Virus record (IMG/VR): IMGVR_UViG_3300022690_002678
Source: a virus
Reading direction: 5' to 3' (one strand)
DNA: 31,486 bases
Made by a program: the position numbers and the translations under genes. The notes beneath the pieces were generated by a model. The model was not told where the DNA came from. It did not search any database and worked only from the letters and a program-made list of their open reading frames with translations. How positions within the stretch are numbered: the first letter of the stretch is position 1; every line of letters starts with the position of its first letter. This document shows, piece after piece, positions 1 to 6,868 of this stretch.

Positions 1-784
1 ATGGCCATGAACCATCATGATAGACTCTGATCAGCTTGGCATTAATGTCAGGTAATGCTGTAGGACAGTTAAGCCAAAAGGAATATTCTTCCCATATTAC
101 CCATCCATCTGAAATTGAATCATTGTCCTCACTTTCAACATCCCATATCTCCCAAGATGGTATGTCAAAGTTGAAGAGGAGAGCGTACCATTTGCCTTGA
201 TATTTTAGTATCTCTGCATAATAATAGTCATTACCACCGAAGGTCAGAGTGTAATCATCTATGAAAGTAGAGTCAATGGTATGAGCATTACTCCAATCAT
301 ATGCACCTGTAACGTGATTGAAGAGTACAACCTTTTTTTCCATACCTGAACCTCTCTCTGCATAATATGTTACAATTTCCCAAGGACTGTTATTTGGTGC
401 TAAGATTGTTGGAGCATACAGATAAGAAGTGTCTTGGAGAGTGATGCCATTAACATGCACTTGATTTTTGGAATAAATACCAAAGATATCACTGGTAAAT
501 TTATCCAAAAGTGTCCCAAATGATTCATGTCCATAACCAATTGGTGGTGGAGAACCTGCAAATCTCTTTAATTCTTCTTTACTTAGTGGATGTTTTTCTC
601 TTGGTGTTTTGTCAGCTATATCTTGAGGTAATACGGGAGTAGGACTTGCTCTTAGTGCACGGTCAGATCTTTCTTTTGCAATTTGGTTTGCCTTCTCTGA
701 TGGGATAGCTTCTACCATTACTGAAAATGGTAGAATCAACGCAACCAAAGATGCAAACAATATTGTCTTTGTTAGTAAAGTCAT
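1..784 (-). CDS. Secreted protein, 3'-truncated by window edge (MTLLTKTILFASLVALILPFSVMVEA...), aromatic/beta-rich mature part
   Basis: Manually translated open frame from ATG at 784 to the window start with no stop; N-terminus resembles the Nitrosopumilus-type signal peptide KTILFASL..LILPFS. Absent from the ORF track because it lacks a stop. Confidence 0.85.
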   Translation of the reverse strand, partial: MTLLTKTILFASLVALILPFSVMVEAIPSEKANQIAKERSDRALRASPTPVLPQDIADKTPREKHPLSKEELKRFAGSPPPIGYGHESFGTLLDKFTSDIFGIYSKNQVHVNGITLQDTSYLYAPTILAPNNSPWEIVTYYAERGSGMEKKVVLFNHVTGAYDWSNAHTIDSTFIDDYTLTFGGNDYYYAEILKYQGKWYALLFNFDIPSWEIWDVESEDNDSISDGWVIWEEYSFWLNCPTALPDINAKLIRVYHDGSWP

Positions 785-845
785 TACGCTAACCTTTAAG
801 AATTGACTGTTAAATAATTGATCTATTTCAATAGAGCTAATTTTG

Positions 846-1967
846 TTACAGTGGCGTTTCTATTGGATCTGGTTCCCTAACTAGGATGGATATTGTATCT
901 GTACTTGTCACTCCTTTACGATCAGTTACTGCAAGTTGAAACTCTGCATTTCCTGTTTCTTCTGTTGCTGTAAATGTTGCAATAGCATTTTTAGAATTAG
1001 TTAAGGTACCCTCTACTCCTGATAACTGAATCCAAGAATAAGTTATTGTATCGCCATCAGGATCTGAACTTTTAGAACCGTTTAGATTAATTGATTCATT
1101 AACAAATACTTCATCATCTTCACCTGCATCGGCCACTGGTGAATGATTGCTAGAATCGCTTCCAATTACCATATTAATCACAAACATTGTAGTAGTTTTT
1201 GTAATAGTTTGATCAAGATAAGATAAAATCACGTCAACATCATATTCGCCTGGTGGAGAAATATTTGCTGGAAAGTACCATTCTCCATCCCAATGACCAT
1301 TATTTGCAGTAACACCAGATAGAGTTGCAACTGGATTATCATCAAGTGATATCAAAACTTTGACATCTACACCGTCAATTCTTCCATGAAAATCACTAGA
1401 TGATTTTGGATCAGAATTAATATTGCAATCAAATGATTGAATATTTATATCAAAATTTTGCATCCAATATGTTCTAAAGTCGTGCGATGAGGTCATGCAC
1501 AAGTCTGCAACGTATGGTGTTTTCTCTTTGGTTATCTCTGTTTCAATTATTTTTTCTTTGGAAAATGGAATGGCAGATGTTGTTGGAAATTTAATCAGTC
1601 CTTTGTCTGTTGAAAAATATACATTGATCTTATAATTTCCAAGCTCTGCATTCTTGTGACCATAAATTAAAATCCCATCAACTGCACTTGAAATTCTAAA
1701 ATGATTTCCAGTACTTGTAACTCTAATTTCGGGTTCTCTTAGAGGAACCTCATCGCCATAAAATTCCAAAGTTATATCATCTAAATGATTAGTTATCCAA
1801 TCTCGTGCTATTCCTTGTCTTACTGTATCTGCACCAAACTCAATATACACTGAGATTACTGCACTTTCACCTACCAGAGTAACTTCTTGTAGTGTATTGT
1901 TGTTTACTGCATATGCTGGATTTAGCAGCAAAGGAATCAAAAGTAATGAAAACAAAAGTTTCTTCAA
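846..1967 (-). CDS. Secreted/surface protein with C-terminal PKD/REJ-like Ig domain
   Basis: Signal peptide MKKLLFSLLLIPLLLNPAYA; C-terminal PVADAGED...LNGSKSSDPDGDTITYSWIQLSG...FQLAVTD signature; TTG start ~25 nt downstream of a minus-strand TTTTATAAATA (1991-2001). Confidence 0.85.
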   Translation of the reverse strand: MKKLLFSLLLIPLLLNPAYAVNNNTLQEVTLVGESAVISVYIEFGADTVRQGIARDWITNHLDDITLEFYGDEVPLREPEIRVTSTGNHFRISSAVDGILIYGHKNAELGNYKINVYFSTDKGLIKFPTTSAIPFSKEKIIETEITKEKTPYVADLCMTSSHDFRTYWMQNFDINIQSFDCNINSDPKSSSDFHGRIDGVDVKVLISLDDNPVATLSGVTANNGHWDGEWYFPANISPPGEYDVDVILSYLDQTITKTTTMFVINMVIGSDSSNHSPVADAGEDDEVFVNESINLNGSKSSDPDGDTITYSWIQLSGVEGTLTNSKNAIATFTATEETGNAEFQLAVTDRKGVTSTDTISILVREPDPIETPL

Positions 1968-2016
1968 TGAATCTTTTAGGTCTTTGCATGTATTTATAAA
2001 ATTAGTGGAAGAACTC

Positions 2017-2023
2017 TTTATCC
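2017..2023 (+). promoter_or_regulatory. Probable TATA box of the tRNA gene
   Basis: TTTATCC located 25-31 nt upstream of tRNA position 1 (2048). Confidence 0.45.
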
Positions 2024-2047
2024 ATAATTAATACAAAGTAAATTTGT

Positions 2048-2118
2048 GGGCTCGTAGTGAAATGGTATCACATCTCCGTGAAACCGAGAAAGTTCGGGTT
2101 CGATTCCCGACGAGTCCA
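2048..2118 (+). tRNA. tRNA with anticodon GAA (Phe) but alanine acceptor identity (G3:U70, A73); CCA not encoded
   Basis: Acceptor GGGCTCG(2048-54)/CGAGTCC(2111-17); T8 A9; D stem GTGA/TCAC with loop AATGGTA; anticodon arm TCTCC-GTGAAAC-CGAGA (C31.C39 mismatch, GAA at 2080-82); variable AAGT; T arm TCGGG-TTCGATT-CCCGA; A15/U48 Levitt pair; discriminator A2118. Confidence 0.9.
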
Positions 2119-2135
2119 CACTAAATTAATCAATT

Positions 2136-2182
2136 AAAAAAAAGAAAGTTAGTGAAATACTCACCAAATCTCCGTGAAACCT
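2136..2182 (-). ncRNA. Predicted antisense sRNA A, complementary to the anticodon arm and D arm of the adjacent tRNA
   Basis: 2168-2181 is an exact 14-nt copy of tRNA 2072-2085; TAGTGAAAT and TCAC are also shared. Minus-strand TATA TTTAATAA (2212-2205) puts +1 at ~2181; ends in minus-strand TTTCTTTTTTTT (2147-2136). Confidence 0.65.
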
Positions 2183-2467
2183 ATTGTACAATTAGTTAAG
2201 CTGCTTATTAAATGATAACTAAATTACCGAACCTGTCAATCTCAGACGGTTTTTGGCAGTCCACACTTATTTTCAGAAAAATAAAAAAAGAAAGTCAGTG
2301 AAATAGATCACCAAATTCTCCATGATAACTATTGTACAATTAGTTAAGCTCGTTATTAAAGCATTCTGAAAAATATTGCAACTCTGCGCTTTATTTTTCC
2401 ATTAGACTCTACCAAGATAAATGATTTATTCCAATGATATACCATAGTCTATTAAAATTGTACAATT
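2183..2467. promoter_or_regulatory. Three copies of perfect palindrome ATTGTACAAT (putative operator)
   Basis: At 2183-2192, 2331-2340 and 2457-2466 (third extends to AATTGTACAATT); in the first two it lies between the minus-strand TATA box and the predicted +1. Confidence 0.6.
2283..2330 (-). ncRNA. Predicted antisense sRNA B, paralog of A, matching an anticodon arm with GAT (Ile) instead of GAA
   Basis: Same cassette 148 nt downstream (TTATTAAA 2353-60, ATTGTACAAT 2331-40, GTGA..TCAC hairpin, A7GAAAG tract); variable part TCTCC-AT-GAT-AA-C (2317-2329) aligns with tRNA TCTCC-GT-GAA-AC-C. Confidence 0.6.
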
Positions 2468-2489
2468 ACAATAAAGTGATCTAATAAAT

Positions 2490-2578
2490 AAAAAAGAGAT
2501 CTAGTAAAAAGTTACATAACATGCCAGTGAAGTAACGAAAGTGTTTGGTAACAAATGAAGAGCTACTTCACTGACACT
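2490..2578 (-). ncRNA. Predicted hairpin sRNA C with loop antisense to the leader/RBS of the gene at 2695
   Basis: 15-bp stem 2576-2562/2536-2522 whose two mismatches are G:U only on the minus strand; loop segment 2547-2561 matches 2671-2685 at 14/15 (the difference gives G:U); minus TATA TTAAATAA at 2609-2602; T-tracts at 2510-2506 and 2495-2490. Confidence 0.65.
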
Positions 2579-2601
2579 TGTTATGAATTCTAAATAACTT
2601 A

Positions 2602-2649
2602 TTATTTAATCTTTAAGATCAATTTGTGATTCATAGAATCCTTAAATAA
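2602..2649. promoter_or_regulatory. Back-to-back divergent TATA boxes (both TTAAATAA)
   Basis: TTAAATAA on minus at 2609-2602 and on plus at 2642-2649; the latter predicts +1 near 2671-2673. Confidence 0.6.
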
Positions 2650-2694
2650 CATATCTTGAAATTATTTCTCGGTAACAAATGGAGACAAACAAAC

Positions 2695-2961
2695 GTGGTA
2701 GTATTTGCAGCTAACATTACAGAATTTACACTTGCTCTAGTCGCTGATCTTTTAGCAACTGATCGCTGTGTAAAATTTAGCCAGCTAAACAAGCTGAATC
2801 TATCAGACAATACGATCTTGATTAGATTAGCACTAATCAATCTAGTGAGGCATCTGCCAGATAATGACGAGGTTCAAAAATACAAGGCAGCATTGCAACG
2901 TCCCCATGAATTTGATGACTTTTTGAAAGAAGAGTTAGGGGGCATCAACAGTGCAGTCTGA
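2695..2961 (+). CDS. First gene of rightward operon; possible ribbon-helix-helix-like regulator
   Basis: ORF track start (TTG 2656) lies upstream of the predicted +1; in-frame GTG 2695 has GGAG at 2681-84. Beta-strand-like VVFAANI followed by two helices (..NTILIRLALINLVR). Fold call is weak. Confidence 0.6.
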   Translation: MVVFAANITEFTLALVADLLATDRCVKFSQLNKLNLSDNTILIRLALINLVRHLPDNDEVQKYKAALQRPHEFDDFLKEELGGINSAV

Positions 2962-3157
2962 AATGTATGTATGTTGTGGCGAGCAGCCAACATCTCTTTT
3001 TGTTTATGAAAATAATGAAGTGTATGGAATATGTGACAAACACTTTGATTCCAAAGTTCATCGCTGTTTTGTAAGATATGTAATTGAGATAAAAAGCAGG
3101 AAGAAATTTCTTGCCAGTGAAATTTTCGAGGAGGTAAAAATTGAACCGATGCAATGA
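2951..3157 (+). CDS. Small Cys/His (Zn-binding?) protein
   Basis: 68 aa, CCG...ICDKHF...HRC; overlaps the upstream gene. Confidence 0.65.
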   Translation: MQSEMYVCCGEQPTSLFVYENNEVYGICDKHFDSKVHRCFVRYVIEIKSRKKFLASEIFEEVKIEPMQ

Positions 3158-3236
3158 GTGCGATGCGATAATTCCTCCTACCTATCGGGCTACTAACTGC
3201 CCAGTATGCGGCGAGCACCTGGAGGATGAGAAATAA
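3141..3236 (+). CDS. 31-aa zinc-ribbon microprotein (MNRCNECDAIIPPTYRATNCPVCGEHLEDEK)
   Basis: TTG start preceded by GAGGAGGT; CxxC and CPxCG; TAATG coupling to the next gene. Below the ORF-track size cutoff. Confidence 0.8.
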   Translation: MNRCNECDAIIPPTYRATNCPVCGEHLEDEK

Positions 3237-3454
3237 TGATGGACTCTGAAAAGGCTGAGACTGAGGAAGTTCTCACTAATTCTCTAAAGAAAGGTTTCAT
3301 GGAGCCACTCAAAGAAATGGTTGAGCGACTAAAGACAGAATCAGAACTACGTGAAAAAACACAAGAAGCACGCTACTCACTTACACAAAAAAAGTTAGAC
3401 ATTATTGAGGAAAAAGTCGACAAGGCAATCAAGCTACTGGAGAATAACACATAA
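3236..3454 (+). CDS. Coiled-coil hypothetical protein
   Basis: 72 aa, GGAGG RBS, TAATG coupling at both ends. Confidence 0.75.
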   Translation: MMDSEKAETEEVLTNSLKKGFMEPLKEMVERLKTESELREKTQEARYSLTQKKLDIIEEKVDKAIKLLENNT

Positions 3455-3597
3455 TGTCAAGAGGTGCATTAAGGGAGCTTCTTAGTGTAACTCCTGAAAA
3501 ATTTAATGTTATGGTAAAAAATATGCCAAAATCTGAAAAGCCTCAACTGCTTAAATTTCTAACAAAACGTTATTCCTTGGTGTTGGGTTTAAGATGA
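3454..3597 (+). CDS. 47-aa hypothetical protein (MSRGALRELL...)
   Basis: Manually translated; TAATG coupling upstream and ATGA downstream. Confidence 0.7.
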   Translation: MSRGALRELLSVTPEKFNVMVKNMPKSEKPQLLKFLTKRYSLVLGLR

Positions 3598-3878
3598 GCC
3601 AGTCTCTCATCACTGATGTTCAGTCAAGAACTGAATGGATATTAATTCACATTCCAGACTCTAGAAACTATACTGAAAACGAGTTTCTGTTTTGCTACTG
3701 GAGAAACTGGGAAGGCTTTGCATCAGAGGCATATGATCCAAGAATACTGACATCGCATGAAACAATCTCTAGATGTAAAAGAAAACTTGTTGAAAAAAAT
3801 GTGCAGTACAAGTCTAATGATACTGTAAGGCGAGCCAAGCAGCTCAAAGAAGAAGCATTTCGGGAGTGGTCAAAATAG
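3594..3878 (+). CDS. Hypothetical protein
   Basis: 94 aa coupled ORF in operon. Confidence 0.75.
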   Translation: MSQSLITDVQSRTEWILIHIPDSRNYTENEFLFCYWRNWEGFASEAYDPRILTSHETISRCKRKLVEKNVQYKSNDTVRRAKQLKEEAFREWSK

Positions 3879-4267
3879 TAATAAAAAAAGAAGGTGCAAC
3901 TCAGACTTGTAGTAACTGCAATACTGACTTGGTTTGCAGACTAAAAGACTATGGAGGAAACTTTGCGCCAACGTTGCAGTGGCAGAACTATGACGGGACT
4001 GCACATTTTAAAACTACGGATGGCAAAAACTATGCTTGCAATGTTCCAGATGAAGAGGTAACTGCGCAGACAAGAATTCCAAGTGAAGCTCCCCCTAGTG
4101 CAACTACTCCAGGCGATTCTCCAACTGGAATTAGTAATTCAAACTTGCTTTCACTTTCAGCAATTTCAGAAAAAATTGATCATATCATGTTAAAAGTCGA
4201 TTCACTTGATGAGATGATTCAGGCAATATTCCGATATACAGTTGATGAGCAGTTGAAAAAAAAATGA
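3866..4267 (+). CDS. Hypothetical protein with N-terminal Cys/His cluster and C-terminal coiled coil
   Basis: CSNC...C...H...C, Pro/Ser linker, heptad-like C-terminus; ATGA-coupled to the next gene. Confidence 0.75.
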   Translation: MVKIVIKKEGATQTCSNCNTDLVCRLKDYGGNFAPTLQWQNYDGTAHFKTTDGKNYACNVPDEEVTAQTRIPSEAPPSATTPGDSPTGISNSNLLSLSAISEKIDHIMLKVDSLDEMIQAIFRYTVDEQLKKK

Positions 4268-5451
4268 AACTCTCAATTAACGAAGAGTATTCCACTCTAG
4301 TTCCAGCACTGACTGAGGATGAATACATTTCCCTAAAAGACTCTATCAAAGAAAGTGGGTTATGGATTACAATACTGTGCAATCCTGATGGAATAATCCT
4401 GGATGGACATCACAGGTTTAGGGCATGCAATGAACTGGATATACAACCAAGGTTTGCAATACGTGAATTTGAAAATAAGTTATTTGAGAAAAAGTTTGTA
4501 ATTGAATGCAACCTAAAGAGACGACAGCTCAATGACTATCAGAGAGCAGAGCTAGGAATTCCTCTTCTAAAAATTGAGCAAGAACTTGCAGCACAACGCC
4601 AGGCTGCTGGTACCTTAAGGTCAAATGAACTTAAGGGTCAGTCCCGTGACTTTGTTGCAAAAAAGATTGGACTCTCTGGTACAACATTTGAGCGAGCTAA
4701 AAAAATAATAGAGACTGCTCCAGAGGAGATAAAAAAGAAGCTACGATCCCAAGACCCACAAACATCAATCTCAAAAGAATACAAGAACATCATCAAGGCA
4801 GAAAAAAAAGAAAAGCGACAAGAACAGATAAAAGAATTTCAGGTACATCTCCCAGAAAAAGTAACACTACACAATGCAGAGTTTCAAAAAGTCTTCATCG
4901 AGGGAAGTTCTGTTTCCCTAATTATCACTGACCCTCCTTACCATGAAAAGGATCTCCAACTGTATGATAACCTGGCCGTCCATGCATCACGAGTTCTTCG
5001 AGAAGGAGGGTCACTGTTATGTTATGCAGGACACTATGCCATTGGCACTATCATATCTATGGTTGAAGCACATGGACTAAAGTTTCAGTGGCCTATGGTA
5101 ATTCTTCATGGTGGCCCTAGTCCTGCAATCTTTGGCAGAAAAGTTTTGGTAGGATATAATCCAATGCTGTGGTTTGTCAAGGGAAAGTATGATGGAGAAA
5201 TGGTACGAGATGTAATCCAATCAGAGTTTCAGGGAAAAGAGCTGCATGACTGGGCAAAGAGTACCGTAGAGTCTGATTATTACATAAAATACATGACCAT
5301 CAAAAACGAGATTGTATATGATCCATTTATGGGTCAGGGAACTTTTGGAATATCTGCTGTAAAACTAAACAGGCAGTTTATTGGATGTGAGGTAAATCCT
5401 GAACACTTTGCAAATGCTGAGAGGTTGATTTCAGAGGCAGCTAAAACATGA
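4264..5451 (+). CDS. ParB/Srx-like domain fused to beta-class N6/N4 DNA methyltransferase
   Basis: N-terminal ILDGHHRFRAC...NLKRRQL and HTH VAKKIGLSGTTFERAKKI; catalytic IITDPPY preceding SAM motif VYDPFMGQGT...RQFIGCE. Confidence 0.92.
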   Translation: MKLSINEEYSTLVPALTEDEYISLKDSIKESGLWITILCNPDGIILDGHHRFRACNELDIQPRFAIREFENKLFEKKFVIECNLKRRQLNDYQRAELGIPLLKIEQELAAQRQAAGTLRSNELKGQSRDFVAKKIGLSGTTFERAKKIIETAPEEIKKKLRSQDPQTSISKEYKNIIKAEKKEKRQEQIKEFQVHLPEKVTLHNAEFQKVFIEGSSVSLIITDPPYHEKDLQLYDNLAVHASRVLREGGSLLCYAGHYAIGTIISMVEAHGLKFQWPMVILHGGPSPAIFGRKVLVGYNPMLWFVKGKYDGEMVRDVIQSEFQGKELHDWAKSTVESDYYIKYMTIKNEIVYDPFMGQGTFGISAVKLNRQFIGCEVNPEHFANAERLISEAAKT

Positions 5452-5669
5452 TGCTGACATTGTTAATACTTGCAATAATTCCTGCATTTATTGCAATTCC
5501 TATCTTGATTTATCATTTTCTAATTTTTCCAAATCTTGATGGAGTAATTCAAGATCTTTCTTGGTATAATTATGATGAGCAATCTCAGCATTTTCTTTAT
5601 TGGGTTGGATTTTACTCTAGTGGAATTTTTGGTGCAATTCTAGGATCTTCAGCGAGGACAAGTAAATAA
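5448..5669 (+). CDS. Small membrane protein (2 TM)
   Basis: Two hydrophobic stretches; coupled on both sides. Confidence 0.7.
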   Translation: MMLTLLILAIIPAFIAIPILIYHFLIFPNLDGVIQDLSWYNYDEQSQHFLYWVGFYSSGIFGAILGSSARTSK

Positions 5670-6004
5670 TGACAAATAACAACGAACAAATTTTGGAGAT
5701 AAAAGTGAATCTAGCTTTACTCCCACGTTTCAAATCAAGATGTTATGTATGTCACACCAAAAAATCAAGAAAAGGTTTTACGTTTCATCATTTGTGGTAT
5801 GTGCTAAATGATATAGTTCGCAAAAATTATCCAAAAAATTCCAGTGGTACACTGCAATACTATAAGGAACTGGAACCAGAAATCAGAAAAAATCCAAAAA
5901 GATTCTTGTATGTATGTAATCCGCACCACCAAGCAATAACACGCTTGCGTATGTGGGGAAAGAACCTGAACCGATTGATCAAGGCAGTGAGGATGACAAA
6001 CTAA
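5669..6004 (+). CDS. HNH-like (His-Me finger) protein
   Basis: CYVC...FTFHHLWY...YVCNPHH pattern. Confidence 0.6.
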   Translation: MTNNNEQILEIKVNLALLPRFKSRCYVCHTKKSRKGFTFHHLWYVLNDIVRKNYPKNSSGTLQYYKELEPEIRKNPKRFLYVCNPHHQAITRLRMWGKNLNRLIKAVRMTN

Positions 6005-6094
6005 TGCTTACCCATGGGATACTCTCTGAGATGTCATGGCTTGTAATAATACGAGAAGTTTACCGTCAAAGAGAATTCTTCAAGGAGAAAGAAT

Positions 6095-6502
6095 TTGCCT
6101 AAGGCTGGATTCAAAAGTATTACAGTAAATGAGATAGTTTACGACAAGTTTTACCAGATATTCTTTGATCAGAAAGAAAAACTTGCAATGAAAGGCGTCA
6201 ATAGTTTTTCGGGATATGTAACTCACTGTCTTGAGGAAATGATGCGAAAGGATGAGACATTCTCAAAGTTTACACCAAAGATTGAAAAAATTTCAGTTGA
6301 TGATACAAGAGTAATCCTCAATGACATTGTAAAAACCAGAATAGTTGAAGTCAAGTTTGTTGAAAATAGACTTTGCTGCATGTTGTGTGATCAAGAGGAA
6401 TGCAAGCATGTCGGCTTTTGCGAGTCAATGCCTGAAGTAATTGAGATTTTGGGAATGAGGATGCAACCAGGATGGAAAAAGAAGAGAGAGAGAGGAGTGT
6501 AG
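6095..6502 (+). CDS. Homolog of a conserved Nitrosopumilus-type protein: RHH-like N-terminus plus C-terminal CxxC-x4-CxH Zn site
   Basis: MPKAGFKSITV...KGVNSFSGYV...KIEKISVDD.RVIL.D...CMLCDQEECKHVGF, recognised from memory as a thaumarchaeal family. Confidence 0.75.
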   Translation: MPKAGFKSITVNEIVYDKFYQIFFDQKEKLAMKGVNSFSGYVTHCLEEMMRKDETFSKFTPKIEKISVDDTRVILNDIVKTRIVEVKFVENRLCCMLCDQEECKHVGFCESMPEVIEILGMRMQPGWKKKRERGV

Positions 6503-6851
6503 AGAGAGTATGGCATCAATACCTGAATTCAGACGAGCAAATGCAATTATTTCTACAGTCAAGAAAGCAGACGGCCAAAACGCCCATATCTTTGATGTCT
6601 TGGATATTACACATACCTCCCATTGGTGGTGGAAAGATCACAAGAAATGGTTCTTTCATAGAAATCCCTTCATGTCACTACAAAAAATAGAAGGAGAAGA
6701 TTACCTAGTCTATTCACCAGACGTAGCTGAAAAACCAAAGGAGACACTAGATAATGTATAATGAAAATATTTTTTATGATATTTTTTATAATAATATAAT
6801 AATTAAAAATATTTTTTATTATAAAAAAAATCTCTCTACACTCCACTCTCT
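6487..6851. repeat. 21-bp inverted repeat (1 mismatch) flanking an 83-aa ORF and an AT-rich tract
   Basis: GGAGTGTAGAGAGA 6494-6507 is the exact reverse complement of 6831-6844; extends to 6487-6507/6831-6851 with one mismatch. Confidence 0.8.
6510..6761 (+). CDS. Hypothetical protein (Trp/His-rich)
   Basis: 83 aa ORF directly after the previous stop. Confidence 0.65.
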   Translation: MASIPEFRRANAIISTVKKADGQNAHIFDVLDITHTSHWWWKDHKKWFFHRNPFMSLQKIEGEDYLVYSPDVAEKPKETLDNV

Positions 6852-6868
6852 TTTTTGGAGGTCATGTT

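Larger units (their letters stand above)
2113..2360. repeat. Two degenerate ~146-148 nt tandem units
   Basis: Shared blocks AGTCCACACT (2113/2258), A7GAAAGTYAGTGAAATA (2137/2283), TCACCAAAT, CTATTGTACAATTAGTTAAGCT (2181/2329), TTATTAAA (2205/2353). Confidence 0.9.

Noticed and set aside
2078-2082. Reading the anticodon as GTG (His) or TGA (Ser)
   Set aside because: Stem register places U33 at 2079 and GAA at 34-36; no G-1 or C73 for His and no long variable arm for Ser.
2136-2267. Second, intron-containing or split tRNA gene
   Set aside because: No 5' acceptor strand, no TTCRA T-loop, no D-loop GG and no recognisable bulge-helix-bulge motif.
2113-2360. attL/attR scar of integration into a tRNA
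   Set aside because: The tRNA-matching pieces are discontinuous, adjacent rather than at a distant end, and embedded in promoter/terminator-like cassettes; no tyrosine integrase is in view. Cannot be fully excluded.
2522-2576. Hammerhead ribozyme or C/D box on the plus strand (CGAAA...TGAAGAG, CTGA)
   Set aside because: Only 15 nt lie between the half-cores and the C of CUGANGA is missing; G:U pairs favour the minus strand.
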